Positions 1 to 13,585 of a stretch of DNA of 64,000 bases are shown in pieces. Position numbers and translations under genes: made by a program. Each line of letters starts with the position of its first letter. Within the stretch, counting starts at the first letter, position 1. The stretch is from the NCBI RefSeq assembly GCF_009914755.1, contig NC_060926.1. One strand, 5' to 3'. Source of the DNA: the human T2T-CHM13v2.0 reference genome, Homo sapiens. The notes under the pieces are model-generated. The model was given only the letters and a program-made list of their open reading frames with translations. It had not been told where the DNA came from and did not search any database.

Positions 1-1760
1 GAGAAAATGGGATGATATATTCAAAGTGATGAGTATAAATTATAACCAAGAATACTATACTCAGCAAAGATATCCTTCACAATGAGGGAGAAATAAAGTA
101 TTTCCCAGATAAGCAAAGGGAATTCAACACTAGACCAGTGTTCTAAAAAATGTTCAAAGTAGTCCTAAGTAGGGAAGCTAAAAGACAATAATCTCTATCC
201 TGAAAACATATGCAGCGGCTCATGCTTGTAATCCCAGCACTTTGGGAGGCCGAGGTGGGTGGATCACCTGAGGTCAGGAGTTCAAGATCAGCCTGACCAA
301 CGTGGTGAAACCCCATCTCTAGTAAAAACACAAATAAATTAGCTAGGCGTGGTGGCAGGTGCCTGTAATCCCAGCTACTTGGAAGACTGAGGCAGGAGAA
401 TAACTCGAACCCTGGAGGCAGGGATTGCAGTGAGCCAAGATCACACCACTGCACTCCAGCATGGGCATGACAGAGCAAAACTGTGTCTCAAAAAAACAAA
501 ACAAAAAGTATAAACTCAATGGTAGAACAGATATACAAAGGAGAAAGAAAATAATCAAACCTTAGAACTACAGAAATCCACCAAGCTGCAATAATAAATA
601 ATAAAAGAGGAAGAAAGTATATACAAAACTATCAGAAATCAATCAATACTATGACAGAAATAAGCCCTCAGATATAAGTAACAACTTTGAATGTAAACAG
701 ATTTAATCTTCCACTTAACTTGTATAAAAAGATGGAATGGATTTTAAAAAATGTCCCCACCATAAGCTACTTATAAGAAATTTTACTTCACCTTTTAAAA
801 TGCATATAGACTGAAAGTAAAGGGATGGAAAAAGATATGCTACGCAAATAAAAACCAAAAGTGCGCAGGAGTACCTACACTTATATGAGCTAAAACATAC
901 TTAAGTCAAAAACTGTGAAAACAGAATCATTATGTAATAAGAACAGGATCAATTTCACAAGCAGATATGACAATTATAAATATATATGCACCCAACATTG
1001 GAACACCCAGATGTATAAAACAAATATTATTAGATCTAAAGAAAGAGATAAACTCTAATACAATAGTAGTTGGTGACTTCAACATCCCACTTGCAGCATT
1101 GGAAAGACCATCTAGACAGAAATTCAATAAAGAAACATTGGATTTAAACTGCAATTTAGACCAAATGGTCCTAACAGATATTAAAAGAACACTTCATCCT
1201 ACAACTGAAAAAGACATATTCTTTTCATCAGCGCATGGAATATTTTCCAGCATAGACCACATGTTAGGCCACAACACAAGTCTCAAGAAATTTAAAGGAA
1301 TTAAAATAATACAAAGTAATTCTTTTCTGACCACAATGGAATAAAGCTAGAAATGAATCACAAGAGGAACTTTTGAAATTGGACAAATGCATGGAAATGA
1401 AACAACATACTCCTGAAAAACCAATAGGTCAATGAAGAAATTAACAAGAAAATATTTAAAATTGTTGAAACAAAAATAGAAACACAACATAGGAAAACCC
1501 ATGAGATACAGCAAAAGAAGTATCAAGAGGGAAGGTTAGAAGAGAAAAGCTTACATCGAAAAAGTAGAAAGATTTCAAATAAACAACCTAACATCTCATC
1601 TCAAAGAACTAGTAGAGCAAAAACAAATCAAATCCAAAATTAGTAGAAGGAAAGAAATAAGACCAGAGTATAAGTAAATACATAAAATTAAGACAGAAAA
1701 TGCAAAAGATCATGGAAACATAAAGTTGTTTTTCGCAAAGATAAAATTGTCAAACCATTA
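1..1760 (+). mobile_element. Old LINE-1 (L1M/L1MA-type): end of ORF1, spacer and ORF2 endonuclease region, interrupted by an Alu
   Basis: ORF 967-1344 has L1 APE-endonuclease motifs (TIINIYAPN, TIVVGDFN, FFSSAHGIFSSIDHMLGH). A-rich L1 sense-strand composition, many stops. Confidence 0.9.
211..507 (+). mobile_element. AluS (Sx/Sq-like), slightly 5'-truncated
   Basis: Dimeric Alu sequence (TGTAATCCCAGCACTTTGGGAGGCCGAGG ... CACTGCACTCCAGC), middle A-rich linker and A tail. Confidence 0.95.
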
Positions 1761-2390
1761 GGTATACACTGTTGGTGGGAATGTAAATTAGTACAACTAC
1801 TATAGAAAGCAGAATAGATATTTCTACAAAACTAAAAGTAGAATTACCATATAATCCAACAATTCCACTACTGTGTATATATCCAAAAGAAAGAAAAACT
1901 CAGGGATATTGGCCTAAAATTTTCTTGGAGGACATTATGTTAAGTGAAATAAGCCAGGCACAGAAAAACAAATACTGCATGTTCTCATCCAGATACAGAA
2001 GCTTAAAAAATGTTGATCTCGTAGAAGCATAGAGTAGAATAGTGGTTGCTAGAGGCTCAGACGTTTACAGGGTAGAAGAAGATAGCCAAAGGTTGTTTAA
2101 CAGATATAAAAGTACAGCTAGATAGAAGAAATAAGTTCTAGTGTTTTACAAAACTACAAGGTGACTATAATTAAAAACAATTTATTTTATATTTTCAAAT
2201 AGCTAGAGGAAAGATTTTGAATGTTCCCAACATAAAAAATGTTAAATGCTTGAAGTGATAGATATGCTAATTACTATGATTTGATTATTACACATTGCAT
2301 ATATGTATCAAAATACCCCACTCTATCCCATAGACATGTACAGTTATGTATCAATTAAAAATAATAATAAAAGTGCACATAAAAAAGAAA
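1761..2390 (+). mobile_element. L1MA-type ORF2 end and 3' UTR with A-rich tail, internally deleted
   Basis: TACACTGTTGGTGGGAATGTAAATTAGTACA, GGAGGACATTATGTTAAGTGAAATAAGCCAGGCACAG and an L1MA-type 3' UTR ending AATAATAAAAG. Confidence 0.85.
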
Positions 2391-2471
2391 ACATTTGAGG
2401 GAGCAGGCAGTGAGTTAGCTATTAATATTTGGCTGATTGTCATATAATTGGAAGAAGCTAGAATTGGGTAC

Positions 2472-3140
<669 letters not shown>

Positions 3141-3205
3141 CTAGCTGGCTAAAGAACAGCCTTAAGAAAAAAGATACATATCAGCCATTGTGTAGAAATA
3201 TTAGT

Positions 3206-3640
3206 TCCATGAATGAACAGATAAGCAACACATGTCAAGTACATACAATAGAATATCATCCCACCTTACAAATGGAGGAAATTCTGAAATACACTACAAT
3301 ATGGGTGAACTTGAAGACATTATCCTAAGTGAAATAAGCCAGTCACAAAAAGACAACTACTGTATGATTTCACTTTTATGAGTGCTTATAGTAGTCAAAA
3401 TCATGAAGAGAGAGAGTAGGATGGTGGTTGTCAGTGGCTGAGAGGACAGGCAATGGGGAGTTATTATTTCATGGGTATAGAATTTCAGTTTTACAAGAGT
3501 CAGAGTTCTGGAGATGAGTGGTGGTAATGAGTACAACAATATGAACGCACTTTATACCCCTGAACTGCACACTTTAAAGTGATTAAAATGGCAAATTTCA
3601 TGTGGTGTGCATTTTAACACAACAAAAATTGGGAAAAAAG
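3206..3640 (+). mobile_element. L1MB-type 3' end
   Basis: GAAGACATTATCCTAAGTGAAATAAGCCAGTCACAAAAAGAC and GAGTTCTGGAGATG...CTGAACTGCACACTTTAAA, typical of an L1MB 3' UTR. Confidence 0.85.
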
Positions 3641-4369
3641 AATGTCAGTTCTGTATCTTCTGAAATCAACTCCAAAGGTGACCTTTGAAAGAAAGATTTT
3701 ATTTATGTTAACTCCCTAGAATATAATAGATTGTCTTTCATATGGGAGATGTACAATAATTTTTTGTTGAATTTAATTGCATTGTGTTTTGATGTTTGAA
3801 ATGCACAGCACAATATGATGGTTAAATAATTAAAATGAACATTGTAAACTCTCCAAAATTTCTTATAATGTCTGACATTTGGATATCCCAAATGTGTCCA
3901 GGAAGTCAAGGGCATGTCTGTATATATGCATAAGACACTTTCTAGGAAGGTCATGTTAATAGGTAAACAGTGAAAAGTGAGTTTCTGGCAATTATATTTT
4001 ATGCTTTTCTAAATTTCTTTAATTTTTTACAGTGAAAATCACTTTAAATTTGTATTTGAAGATATATAACTAAAGTAGAGATTAACTTCGGTATAGAATG
4101 AGTAGAATCCAAACACAAGTGACAAGTGAGATTGGGGAAATAATGAATAACTAAGAGAATATAAGAAAAATGGGATAATGTTAGAAAGAAATAGAAAACG
4201 TATAGGGGAGTGCTAAACAGGAGAATTGATGGGTTCTATAGGCAAAGTCATTATATTTCAAATATTTGCATAATGCTAATTCTGCCTTCATAAAAAATAA
4301 CAATGCGATTCAGAGAAAAAATCTCCATGCCTTAAAGTCTCCAAATCAAAATAAGTTAAAGCATGTGGA

Positions 4370-5800
4370 GTATTTAAACCATTCCACATTTCAGCTACTA
4401 TGATAGACATTAAAGATAAAGATACAAATTATAGAATGTCATTGTGAATCAAAACCAATGTAATTTCTGTGCTTAGCTTAGACAATACTGAAGCTGGACA
4501 TATACTCTTGTAAGTATATTAAATATTACTGTGACCCAGAAAAACCAACCTGCTGCTTGCTCCATGAAATACCTGCTTCTGGAAAATAAGACTAAAACAA
4601 CTACAGATTATTTATGAATACAAACAGTCTTCTCATCAGGAAGTGCTTCAAGACCTTCATTTCTCTGTGCTCACCACTTCAAAGCTATTTTGTCATAAAC
4701 TCAAATCAGCTCCACACATTGCAGGATACACCTTGAAGTCAACCAGCCAGGCCATGACTAAAAATACTGCAAATGCCCTCCCATTACCTTCTCTTCTGAG
4801 ATACAAGACTCTGTTAAGATGGTGTTCTTCCTTACTGCATTACTCAATTTACTGTTTTCTCTGGTGTTGTGTTGTAGAAGTTGACTATTAATACATTGTT
4901 TCTGACTTTAAGGAACTCAGAAGTTCAGAAACCATGTTATCTTGAAATTTACCTAGATAGCAGTATATTGGTCTTAAAGGGATTGAAAATTGCACTGAAC
5001 CTTGTTCAGCCACTGTAATTCTTCAGGGGCCCTGTGTACATTCATCCATTCAACTATTTGAGATAGATGATTCTATTAATTGAGAATACATTACATGCAT
5101 GGAGTAGTGTCATAGTCATATTTGAAAATTTATATTCACTATACTCAGGAAGATTGAAACCTATCAGTGAGGCAAACACACACAACCATAATAGAAAAAG
5201 AGAATAATACTTATCATTAAGTATACACAGGTGCCAATGGAATTATAGAAAATACCAACATGCACCTAGAGAACTCAGCAAAAATGTCATGACCAAGTTT
5301 GTGAGTCAAGTATACATTAGAAGGCACTTGAAAAGGTAAAAGTAATGTATGAAAGAGTTAAAAACTAGTGTGCCATGTTTGGGAATCAGAAACAGTCTAA
5401 CAGTATTGGATTATACTGTATAAAATGTTTGTAGACAACAGATTTTAACTTGTTAAGAAGTTGGTACAAAACCTTGTAAATAATAACAATCATTAAAGAA
5501 TATTGAGCATGGGAAAAAATTGCTTCTCACTACCTGTTAGCCCAATTCTTTCTGGCAACACTGTGAAGGATAATCTATTAAGGGATAAGAATATAGGTAG
5601 AGTGACTAGCTAGAAAACTATTGCAGTGAGGGGAGGATTAAAACAAGATAAATTTAAAAAGTTGAATTAAGACAATTTAAAATTGATTAATCATTAGATG
5701 AAGAGGTCCAAAATGAAGTAGCAATTTTCAGATCATTATCAATAGGTGATTGGTCGATTATTGCGCTATTTAATGAAACACCAATGATGAGCAAATATTT
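4370..5800 (-). mobile_element. Degraded L2 fragments, interrupted by an LTR
   Basis: CATTCATCCATTCAACTATTTGAG tail-type sequence and purine-rich L2 antisense body. Highly diverged. Confidence 0.55.
4443..4888 (+). mobile_element. LTR78-like ERV1 solo LTR
   Basis: Resembles remembered LTR78 consensus (AAGACTCTGTTAAGATGGTGTTCTTCCTTACTGCA). Similar to the reverse complement of 34350-34690. Confidence 0.6.
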
Positions 5801-6477
5801 TCATAATAGTTTGAAACATTTCTAGACTCATTATGGACAACATATCAATCTTAACGAATCAATAATATTGATCTGCTCAGATACATGCAGTTTTCCTTAT
5901 TTAACTGACTATGCAAAAATGAATGGCCTTGCTGTGGGTTGTTAATAATGATGAAGAGAAATGGTGGCTATAAAAGTTTATAAAATAATATATAAATGGT
6001 TTATATATCCATCAATGCCAGCAATTATCCAGTGTCAATCAGGTCTTGAACTTTAACTTATTGAAAAGATAATATATAAAATAGTCTAACCCAGGATGCC
6101 TACTATATTAAGTTTTACTGTACATTTTGTCATCATGGTCTGTGTGAAGGCACAATAAGGAGTGAGAAAATCATTTTTGCCCTACATTTTATTAGAAATC
6201 TGAACCTGAATATGGTTGGATCAAATAACAGCCTTAAAAACAGAAAAGTCGTAGAATTGAATAGGAAAAGTTGATTTTTAGAATAGTAAAGTGAAATTGA
6301 AACAGAATAGGTTTACTTTGAATGCCAAAGTACGATGACAGATAGAAAGTCTATGAGTTGTTTTCATATATGTTATTTTTACAGCAAGGATGTTAAATTA
6401 GAACATCGTTATATATAAAGAAGTACTCCCTGGATCTGGGCATCTCAACTGTTTATACTTATGAATAAATGGACGTG

Positions 6478-6813
<336 letters not shown>

Positions 6814-7124
6814 TTACTTCTTAAAGTAAGACCCTGCTAAATGTTGCCTGCTGTGAAATGTTGAAGAGAAATTTTATTATGCATAATGCACCTAGCCAGG
6901 TGCATTATGAGTTGCTGTTGCAATACACAAACTAATTATATTGGTATAAAGGATTCTAGCATTTGATGGATTCCTAGAAAGCATAAAGCTTTTAAAGACA
7001 TTTGCTTAAAGCAACATTTTTACATTACTATTAAGATGGCTAGAAGGTCGCACCTCACCTATTAATAGAAGAGAGAAGACCCATCTGTTTTCTGAATAGC
7101 ACAACCATTTTTCATTGTTTTAAA

Positions 7125-7666
7125 ACACAGATTTTATTATTATCCAGGTATGGTATTGCCAACAGATCAGGAGATAATTGTTATTAAAAAGACAGCTTGC
7201 TACTCACAGTTCCCAAGAAGAGGGGGCCTGCCAAGTTATGCAGGGGCCACATAGGAAATCACCAGGCTGGGTCAGAAGGCGCGGAGTGAGAGGAAAATGT
7301 GGGCAACAACATTTGCTGTGGGTTCTGCGGGAAGGAATGAGCAAGTCAGGGTAAGCAGCCTTATGATTGGCTAGTTTGAATAATTTTAGCAGGCTTTAAG
7401 GGGTACCATCTGTCTCTAGTTGTTTAGGACCTTATCTCAGGGTAGTTAGAGCAGGAGAATAGTGGGCCAGATTGTAAGAGAGTCTGATTTATTTAAAAGG
7501 TGGTTGACTTGTGGGACCTGGATTGGTTGGTTTGTATATGAAAAGAGCACTCACAAGTGAGTCCTTTACTGTCTTTAGCTCTGGGAGGAGCAGTCTCTCC
7601 AGAATTAGAAAGGTTTCAGATGCCAAAGCATCAGAAATACAGAAATAAACAAGCATGATTAATACA
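7125..7666 (-). mobile_element. MER76-like ERVL solo LTR
   Basis: Reverse complement starts TGTATTAATCATGCTTGTTTATTTCTGTATTTCTGATGCTTTGGCATCTG, matching the remembered MER76 5' end. Confidence 0.75.
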
Positions 7667-7873
7667 ACTCATCAATGTCAAAACCTTTATGTTTAGTCAC
7701 CCAAAAAAGAAACAATTAAATCTGTTCTTCCTTACAGCAGGTCCCAAGAGGTTAATCTTAACAACTAGAGATTTCTGGACTGGCAGTAATCTCTAAGTTT
7801 AGAGAGCCTAGAAACTAGAAAATTTCTAATTGTCTTTCGTTTTGTTTTCCCACGACTTCTTAAAACACATCAT

Positions 7874-8576
7874 TGTTGCAGTAGGTAGCTAGTCAGGCTT
7901 GAGTGGGGAAGGAGAGGGCTCCCCCCACCCATTAGGAATGTTAAGCGACCATCAGGTGATGGTCAGGCATTTGTCATACTAAAATGATAATTGGTTGCAG
8001 CTGGTACCAGGGAGAGAGGCAATTTCCCAATAGATAAAAACACTTGAAATTTGTAATCAGCAGCTTCCAATAAGATATCAGGAACTGAGTGAATGGGCTC
8101 AAGCATGCACATTAAGAGACAAAATGGCAGAGTATGACTTGCAGGTGGCATTCCACCAGAAAAGGGAAGAAAGCCTCAGGTGAGCATGCGTACAACTTCC
8201 TAAACACATTGCCCACGCTCACCTCCCAACCGCAAGGCGGGTACCACACATGCGGGAGGCTTACCCTAAGAGAAGAATGAAGGGAAAGGGGTGAAGGACA
8301 CTGAAATCGGCCAGCATATAAAATCCTAGGTTCAAGGTTAAATGGGGCACGTGACCTCAACAGTGCCTGCTTGGGTTCTTCCAAGTGTACTTTTCTTTCT
8401 TTCCTGCTCTGAAGCCTTTTAAAAAACTTCTACTCCTGCTCTAAAACTTACCTCGGTCTCTTCTTCTGCCTTATGCTCCTCAGTCAATTTTTTTCTTCTG
8501 AGGAGGCAAGAATTCAGGTTGCAGCAGACCTGTACAGGTTCACTGCTGGTAACTTCGATATTCACCAACCCTAACA
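7874..8576 (+). mobile_element. MER50 ERV1 solo LTR
   Basis: TG...CA termini. GTAGGTAGCTAG, GCGACCATCAGGTGATGGTCAGGC, CAGCAGCTTCCAATAAGAT and CTGAGGAGGCAAGAATT match the remembered MER50 consensus. TATAAAA at 8317. Confidence 0.85.
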
Positions 8577-9152
8577 CCACGAATTCAAAAAACTATATTT
8601 AAAGTAAAGGTGAATGCCTTTTCCTGTTTGCCTAGGGGAATAAGAACATGGGTTCGTGTTTAAAATCATCTGGTAGAAGAGAAATTTAAAACAATTGAGT
8701 TTGCCCCTTTGTAATTCAAATAAATTAACTCATAATCTACAGCAGATGAAAATATATTTCACTCTAAAGCTTGTAATAAGTTTATTATAATACATTTCTA
8801 TGAAGAGGACAGTGTGAGGTTGTTTCTCTCCACCTTTAATATTGTACATTCGAAAATACAGAGGGTAATCTTCATTGAAGCCTTTAGGATAAAATAAGGC
8901 CCATGCACAATGTTCAGATTGAAATGTATAAGATTATTCTATATTTTTTAACAATGCCTTTTGGTTGTAGTACAAATAGCTTTAAGATATTTGAAAATCA
9001 ATTTTATTTGTATCCAATGAATAAGTATTATTAAGACTGAACCATATTTTAAATCAAGAATGCAACGGGTTCAAGAAGTTTTGTCTTTAAATTTATCAAG
9101 AGGTATCTATAAGCACTCAGCCATTCAACAAGTGTCTGCTGAATTCCAAATT

Positions 9153-9292
9153 TTATGTGTGTGTATATATATAAAATATATATAAAATATATATGTATAT
9201 AAAATATATATATAATATATGTATATAAAATATATATAAAAATATATATAATATATATGTATATAATATATATATAATATATATGTATATTT
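9153..9292. repeat. Degenerate (TA)n / AT-rich simple repeat
   Basis: About 140 bp of TATATA units interrupted by AAAA and TG. Confidence 0.95.
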
Positions 9293-10218
9293 TATGTTTG
9301 GTTATTGTAGGCACAAAATAGTAAATGCTTATTACAAGATTTACAATTATCCCCATAGAACTAGGAGATCACTTTTAAATGCACATTTCAATTTGGTTGT
9401 TCCTGAAATAAGAGTGCACTCAGTCCCAGGGTTTTCAGATCACGCACATACATCTTAACAGTGCACATTACAACCTAATCCTGGAGTCAATTAATAAACT
9501 GGTTGAAATAGCAGTTTGATTAAAATCTCAGATGTGCTAATTCGCTTTCCTAGTGCCCTTTAATTAAGACTTTAATAGAGGCTGCAATTACCTGCAAATT
9601 TTTTCTTTGTCTTAAATATTTGCGCTTCTATCCTTAACTTTCAAAGCTCCTTCAACTCACCAAGCGCAAGAAAGAAGTCTTAGAAATTAAGCTAAAGTAT
9701 ATAGAAAATAGTCATGTTTTCCTTCAAAAGGATGGACAACTACTACAGGACTTTAAAACAAACATTGCAATTTAATTTGCAAAACGGATTTTTTTACTCT
9801 GTAATATGATGTTTTTTGTGTGTGGTGGTGAAAAACATTACTATTGGTGAATGAGGCAATATTCTGTGGACATTTTCTACTCAAAGTATCTTGTACTTAG
9901 TTGAATTTGAATATAGAAAACTTAATACTCAAATTTAAGTTTTCCATGTTGAAAATTTGCGTTAATGAGAAAAACAGAACTTTTTCTCATTTCTTTTTAG
10001 CTATTGTTTTTGAGCTTTTACTATACTCTGTATAAAGCATTGTTCAAAGTGCTTTACAAAAACTGTGCCATTTACTACTCCGAAAAAAAAAAAACAAGCA
10101 AGTACACAGACCTCAGTCTGATGCTTTATTTTTTAATAAGCAGATATGTATACTTTAAAAAATATAGCAGCAAAAAGACCACCTATGTTTGATCGCCCCA
10201 CAAAAACAACTGCCCTCT

Positions 10219-10304
10219 AAGCCGAGATTGCACCACTGCTCTCCAGCCTGGGGGACAGAGAGAGACTCTGTCTCAAAAAAAAAAGAAAAAAAAAAAAGAA
10301 AAAA
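10219..10304 (+). mobile_element. Severely 5'-truncated Alu (last ~55 nt plus A tail), TSD AACTGCCCT
   Basis: GCCGAGATTGCACCACTGCTCTCCAGCCTGGG...CTCTGTCTC plus A tail. AACTGCCCT at 10208-10216 and 10305-10313. Confidence 0.92.
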
Positions 10305-12468
10305 AACTGCCCTTCCACCTACCCTCAAAAATTTTCTTTCAGAGAAGGATTGGGTCTGTTCCTAGGAAACATGTCAAAAATTGAATAAAGAAATTTCAAG
10401 GACGCTATAAAAACATGCATCATGCCACCTATTTAGTGGAAAGTACCAAAGCAATGCAAAAAGAAATGTAGTTCCCAGCTTATTTTAGAAGTGCAAACTA
10501 ATGAAGATTCCATGTTTGGGAAATTAGCACTTGAAAGAAATTCTAGTATATTTAATGATTCAGAATATAAAAGTTTATCAAATATATGATTTGGCAAGTT
10601 ATGAACTTTGTCAAGTTATAAAACATCAAAAAAATATAAAAAATGTAAGTTTTAAAGTCACTTAAATAAAGTAAGCTCATTGCAACACTGGTGATCTAAG
10701 AGATAAAAAGGAATTGAAGAGCATTTTCTAAATCATTTTGTATAGGACAGTAGTTTAAAAACATATTTGCACCACAATTTTGTTCACAAATATTCACAAT
10801 TTTTGAAATTGAAAAATTATATACCACATAGAAATTACAGGCATTTTAAGTTACTTAATCTACACTTAATCCATAAAATAAATGAAATAATAATTTCTAA
10901 TTGATGTATTTATACACAAATAGTAGATATTTATGTTACTATATTATTAGAAGCATTATATATATAGATGAAGCAACTATGTTTATAAATATTTCTTTTT
11001 GGTTTATATGGTAATATCTGACTCTAACCAATGAAATCCTTAGTATTTATATATTTTCAAATACTTTTCTAAAGAAGAAATAAATAGTTTCAGAAAATCT
11101 TTGCAATAATAATAAAAACAGGTTATAAAGTATTAGCAAATACTGGTGCCAGGGCTTTAGAGCATATACATTATCTAATACTTTTCCTTCTTCACTTGTA
11201 AGCTTCTCCTCTTTCCTTATTGTACTATTATTCTCCATTTGGATTGTGCGATTCCCTGTAACATAACATTTTGTTTCTTTCTTATTTCAGGGTTTTCTAA
11301 GAACAAATAACATGTTTTACTTTCTTGAAGTACATTCCGTATAACTGGTACATCACCACATTCCTATTAAATAATGAGAAAGTAATAAAAGGATTACATA
11401 TTTGAAACCACACTTTCTTGCTGAAAAGCTGTAGAGTCAACATGATAAGAGAAGCAAATATATAATCAAGAAATACTTCTTGCAAGATGAAAATTTTATA
11501 GAAATTTGTGAACCATCTCCCTAGAATCTTAAAAAGAATTTATAAATGCATATCATCCACCATGAACATTCTTTAGAATGAACTATTTCACATTAAACAC
11601 GTTAACTAATATATATTTATATATTTTTATAATTCTCTGCTCAGTTGATATAAAATAGATATTTCCACATGTCTATTATGACTAGGATATTTGCAGTCTC
11701 CACTGAATAAAATTATGTGTAGTAGAGTTATAAAATGAAGAAATGCATAATTAGGTAACATTAAATCTAGTGGTTAAGACTTAATTTCCTTGATAGCAAT
11801 TTTAAGATAAAAACATAGGTGATATATTCAGAGACTCTGCTCTCTCTGATAAGTTTTGTGGATAGTCTACAAATGCTAAACATCAAAAATAGTATTTTTC
11901 AAGAAGTGGGAGCAGCACAAATACTAGTGGACTGAGCCAAGGTAACACATACCTAGGTAAAATCTCTGATTGTGCTTAATTAAAGGACATATATGCAAAG
12001 AAAGAAATAGCCTGAATTACTGATGTTATGAAAATTAGAATATTTTGTGGGTGAATGAAGAGTATTGGGAGTTATAAAACATTTAAAAAATATTCGAAAA
12101 CTTTGGATACACTCTAAGAATAAACAGCAATATTTAGCTACATGGAATGAACGCCCTGTATTGGTAGGAATAAAGGAACCCAACCTAGTGAGGAAAAAAA
12201 AAGGTTATAAAGAGCAAATGGATATTATTACCTTGTCAAGGTGTACTTACTGATTGCTGAGTAAAGAGGCTCTGTTTTAATCAATGTAATTACGTTGCCC
12301 CTCCCTTCTAATAGGACCATTGAGTGTATCACTTTTAGAAAAGTTGAACTCTGGTGCTTCTCATTCTTTGGTAAAATAGTAACATATCTGGAACATAATC
12401 TCACATGTTTAGCTACCAGATATGGTAGCAGAAACAACTTCCACAGGGTCACAATTAAAATAAGACTA

Positions 12469-12743
12469 GGCCAGACAAGGTAGCTCATGCCTATAATCCC
12501 AGCACTTTGGGAGGCCGAAGTGGGCAGATCACTAGGTCAGGAGTTCAAGACCAGCCTGGCCAACATGGTGAAACCCCATCTCTACTAAAATACAAAAAAT
12601 TCTCTGGTACTTGGGAGTATGAGGCAGGAGAATTGCTGGAACCCTGGAGGCAGAGGTGGCAGGGAGCCAAGGTCACGCCACTGCACACCAGCCTGGAGAC
12701 AGTGAGACTCTGTCTCAAAAAAATATATATAAATAAAATAAAA
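12469..12743 (+). mobile_element. AluS with ~35-bp deletion at the start of the right arm
   Basis: Alu left arm, then linker TACAAAAAATT joined via CTCTGG directly to TACTTGGGAG. Confidence 0.93.
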
Positions 12744-12864
12744 TACGATTTTTTTTTTCAGTGCAAATGCCATAGCTTATATTTAGAAAAGGCACAGTAG
12801 AGAAGTTTTCATATCACCCCGAACTTCTCATTATATTGGTAACAACAATCAAAATTAGTATGTC

Positions 12865-13585
12865 TGCCCTGCCTTGGTTCAGCCATCATCGTTCCTCATC
12901 TGGACTACTGTAAGAATTTTCTAAGAAGAGCTCTGCTATCAGTTCTGTTCCATGTGCCTGGCCACTACCCTGGCTCTGTGTAGTCTTTCTGAAACACAGA
13001 TCTGACCACGTTGTTCCCATGAATGAAATCATTCTTTACCTTTTTATTATAACAGTACAAAGTACAAACTTCTGACCACAACATCCAAAGTCTTTCACAA
13101 TCTGTTCGTTTATCTCCTATCCACATTTGCATACTCCTGTTCTCCTTTCTACCTTTGCTTTACATTCCAGAGCTGCCAAATTTCCTATCCACTGCCAGGA
13201 GTCATGCTCTCTTTCACCTCAATGGGAAGGCAATTCCTTCTCACCTAATTTCTGGTTGGACTTCCCATTCTCTAATTGTCCATCTGGTAAACGTCAACTC
13301 CTTGTGGTCAAGGACTTGGTTTAAATGTCTTTTACTCTGGGGAGCCTTTGCCAACCTGTCCTAGCCAACTTTGGTGCATCAGCATCCTGTACTGGTTACA
13401 GTACCTCCATCCCCCATTTTATTCAATCTGTATTAGTTTCCTATAATGTTTAAAGTTACCTAACTCTTTTTACCATAATGGGAATATCTGGAAGACAGAA
13501 TAGTTCTTATTTGCATAGAATCTGGCTCATAGAGCCCAACATATGGTAGGTTCCTAAGAACTTTGTTGCCTGAGTAAATAAGTCA
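12865..13585 (+). mobile_element. L2 3' portion
   Basis: CTCATCTGGACTACTG, TTTCTGAAACACAGATCTGACCACGT and terminal AGAGCCCAACATATGGTAGGTTCCTAAGAACTTTGTTG. Confidence 0.8.

Noticed and set aside
143-558. Alu-derived ORFs (also at 17647, 24324, 41757, 45599, 47627, 62236, 63732)
   Set aside because: Typical Alu read-through peptides (e.g. [10 protein letters not shown]), not genes.
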